This document shows positions 63,701-64,000 of a stretch of 64,000 nt of DNA, piece after piece. Made by a program: the position numbers and the translations under genes. The notes beneath the pieces were generated by a model. That model saw only the letters and a list, made by a program, of their open reading frames with translations. It was not told where the DNA came from and made no database searches. Source of the stretch: Eledone cirrhosa (Eukaryota). Where the stretch lies: NCBI GenBank assembly GCA_964016885.1, contig OZ024740.1:162130001-162194000 (forward strand), in the 5' to 3' direction. Every line of letters starts with the position of its first letter. Within the stretch, counting starts at the first letter, position 1.

Positions 63701-63707
<7 letters not shown>
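63037..63707 (-). mobile_element. Fold-back HHR element (arms 63132-63337 and 63502-63707)
   Basis: 206-bp arms, nearly identical. Confidence 0.88.
63602..63656 (+). ncRNA. Type I HHR (mirror copy 63183-63237 minus)
   Basis: acugc CUGAAGA ggucacagcca-aaga-uggcugucacu GAAA uauaua UA gcagu. Confidence 0.88.
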
Positions 63708-63761
<54 letters not shown>

Positions 63762-63881
63762 CCTGGAGAGATATGCTCTTCCAGGCTTTAAACAATGCCC
63801 AAGAAACGCCGTATTTCAATACGGCGCCTCCACGACTCCATCGGGAGTTATGGGACGGGACCATACCATGGCATATATATA

Positions 63882-64000
63882 TAACAAAGGAATTGTGGTA
63901 AGGAACCAGATGGACCATAACGCACCAGAGTACTCAATACTTAGGGTAGTAGAGTGGGAAATAGGAAAAAGTATGACCCCGACGGCAGAGCTCAAGCCGT
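63882..64000 (-). mobile_element. 18708-family element cut by the window edge
   Basis: Near-identical to 18708-18827. Confidence 0.85.

Overview
Eukaryotic, very AT-rich, repeat-saturated window. The SINE and LINE types suggest a mollusc, probably an octopod cephalopod (inference). Roughly half is complex (TA)n/(TACA)n microsatellite, which generates the dozens of spurious Tyr/Ile-repeat ORFs. No intact protein-coding gene is supported. Real coding remnants are two RTE LINE fragments (1-1256 minus; 33178-34150 plus) and one frameshifted Penelope-like element (PLE; RT plus C-terminal GIY-YIG, 5895-8643 minus). There are many tRNA-derived SINEs, two hAT-like MITEs and a 200-N gap. The main signal is non-coding: most of the short non-SINE/non-LINE islands inside the TA tracts carry a type I hammerhead ribozyme (HHR) or part of one. 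I read about 30 by eye, in at least 7 sequence families, many as head-to-head fold-back pairs. Most have a self-complementary stem III that covaries between copies. Several carry the compensatory U3-A8 core, and one family is amplified as a 2.2-2.6 kb tandem array (37.4-51.4 kb) ending in a nested palindrome. This looks like a TA-microsatellite-associated family of non-autonomous PLE/retrozyme-like ribozyme elements. All structures were paired by eye; no folding, search or activity data were available.
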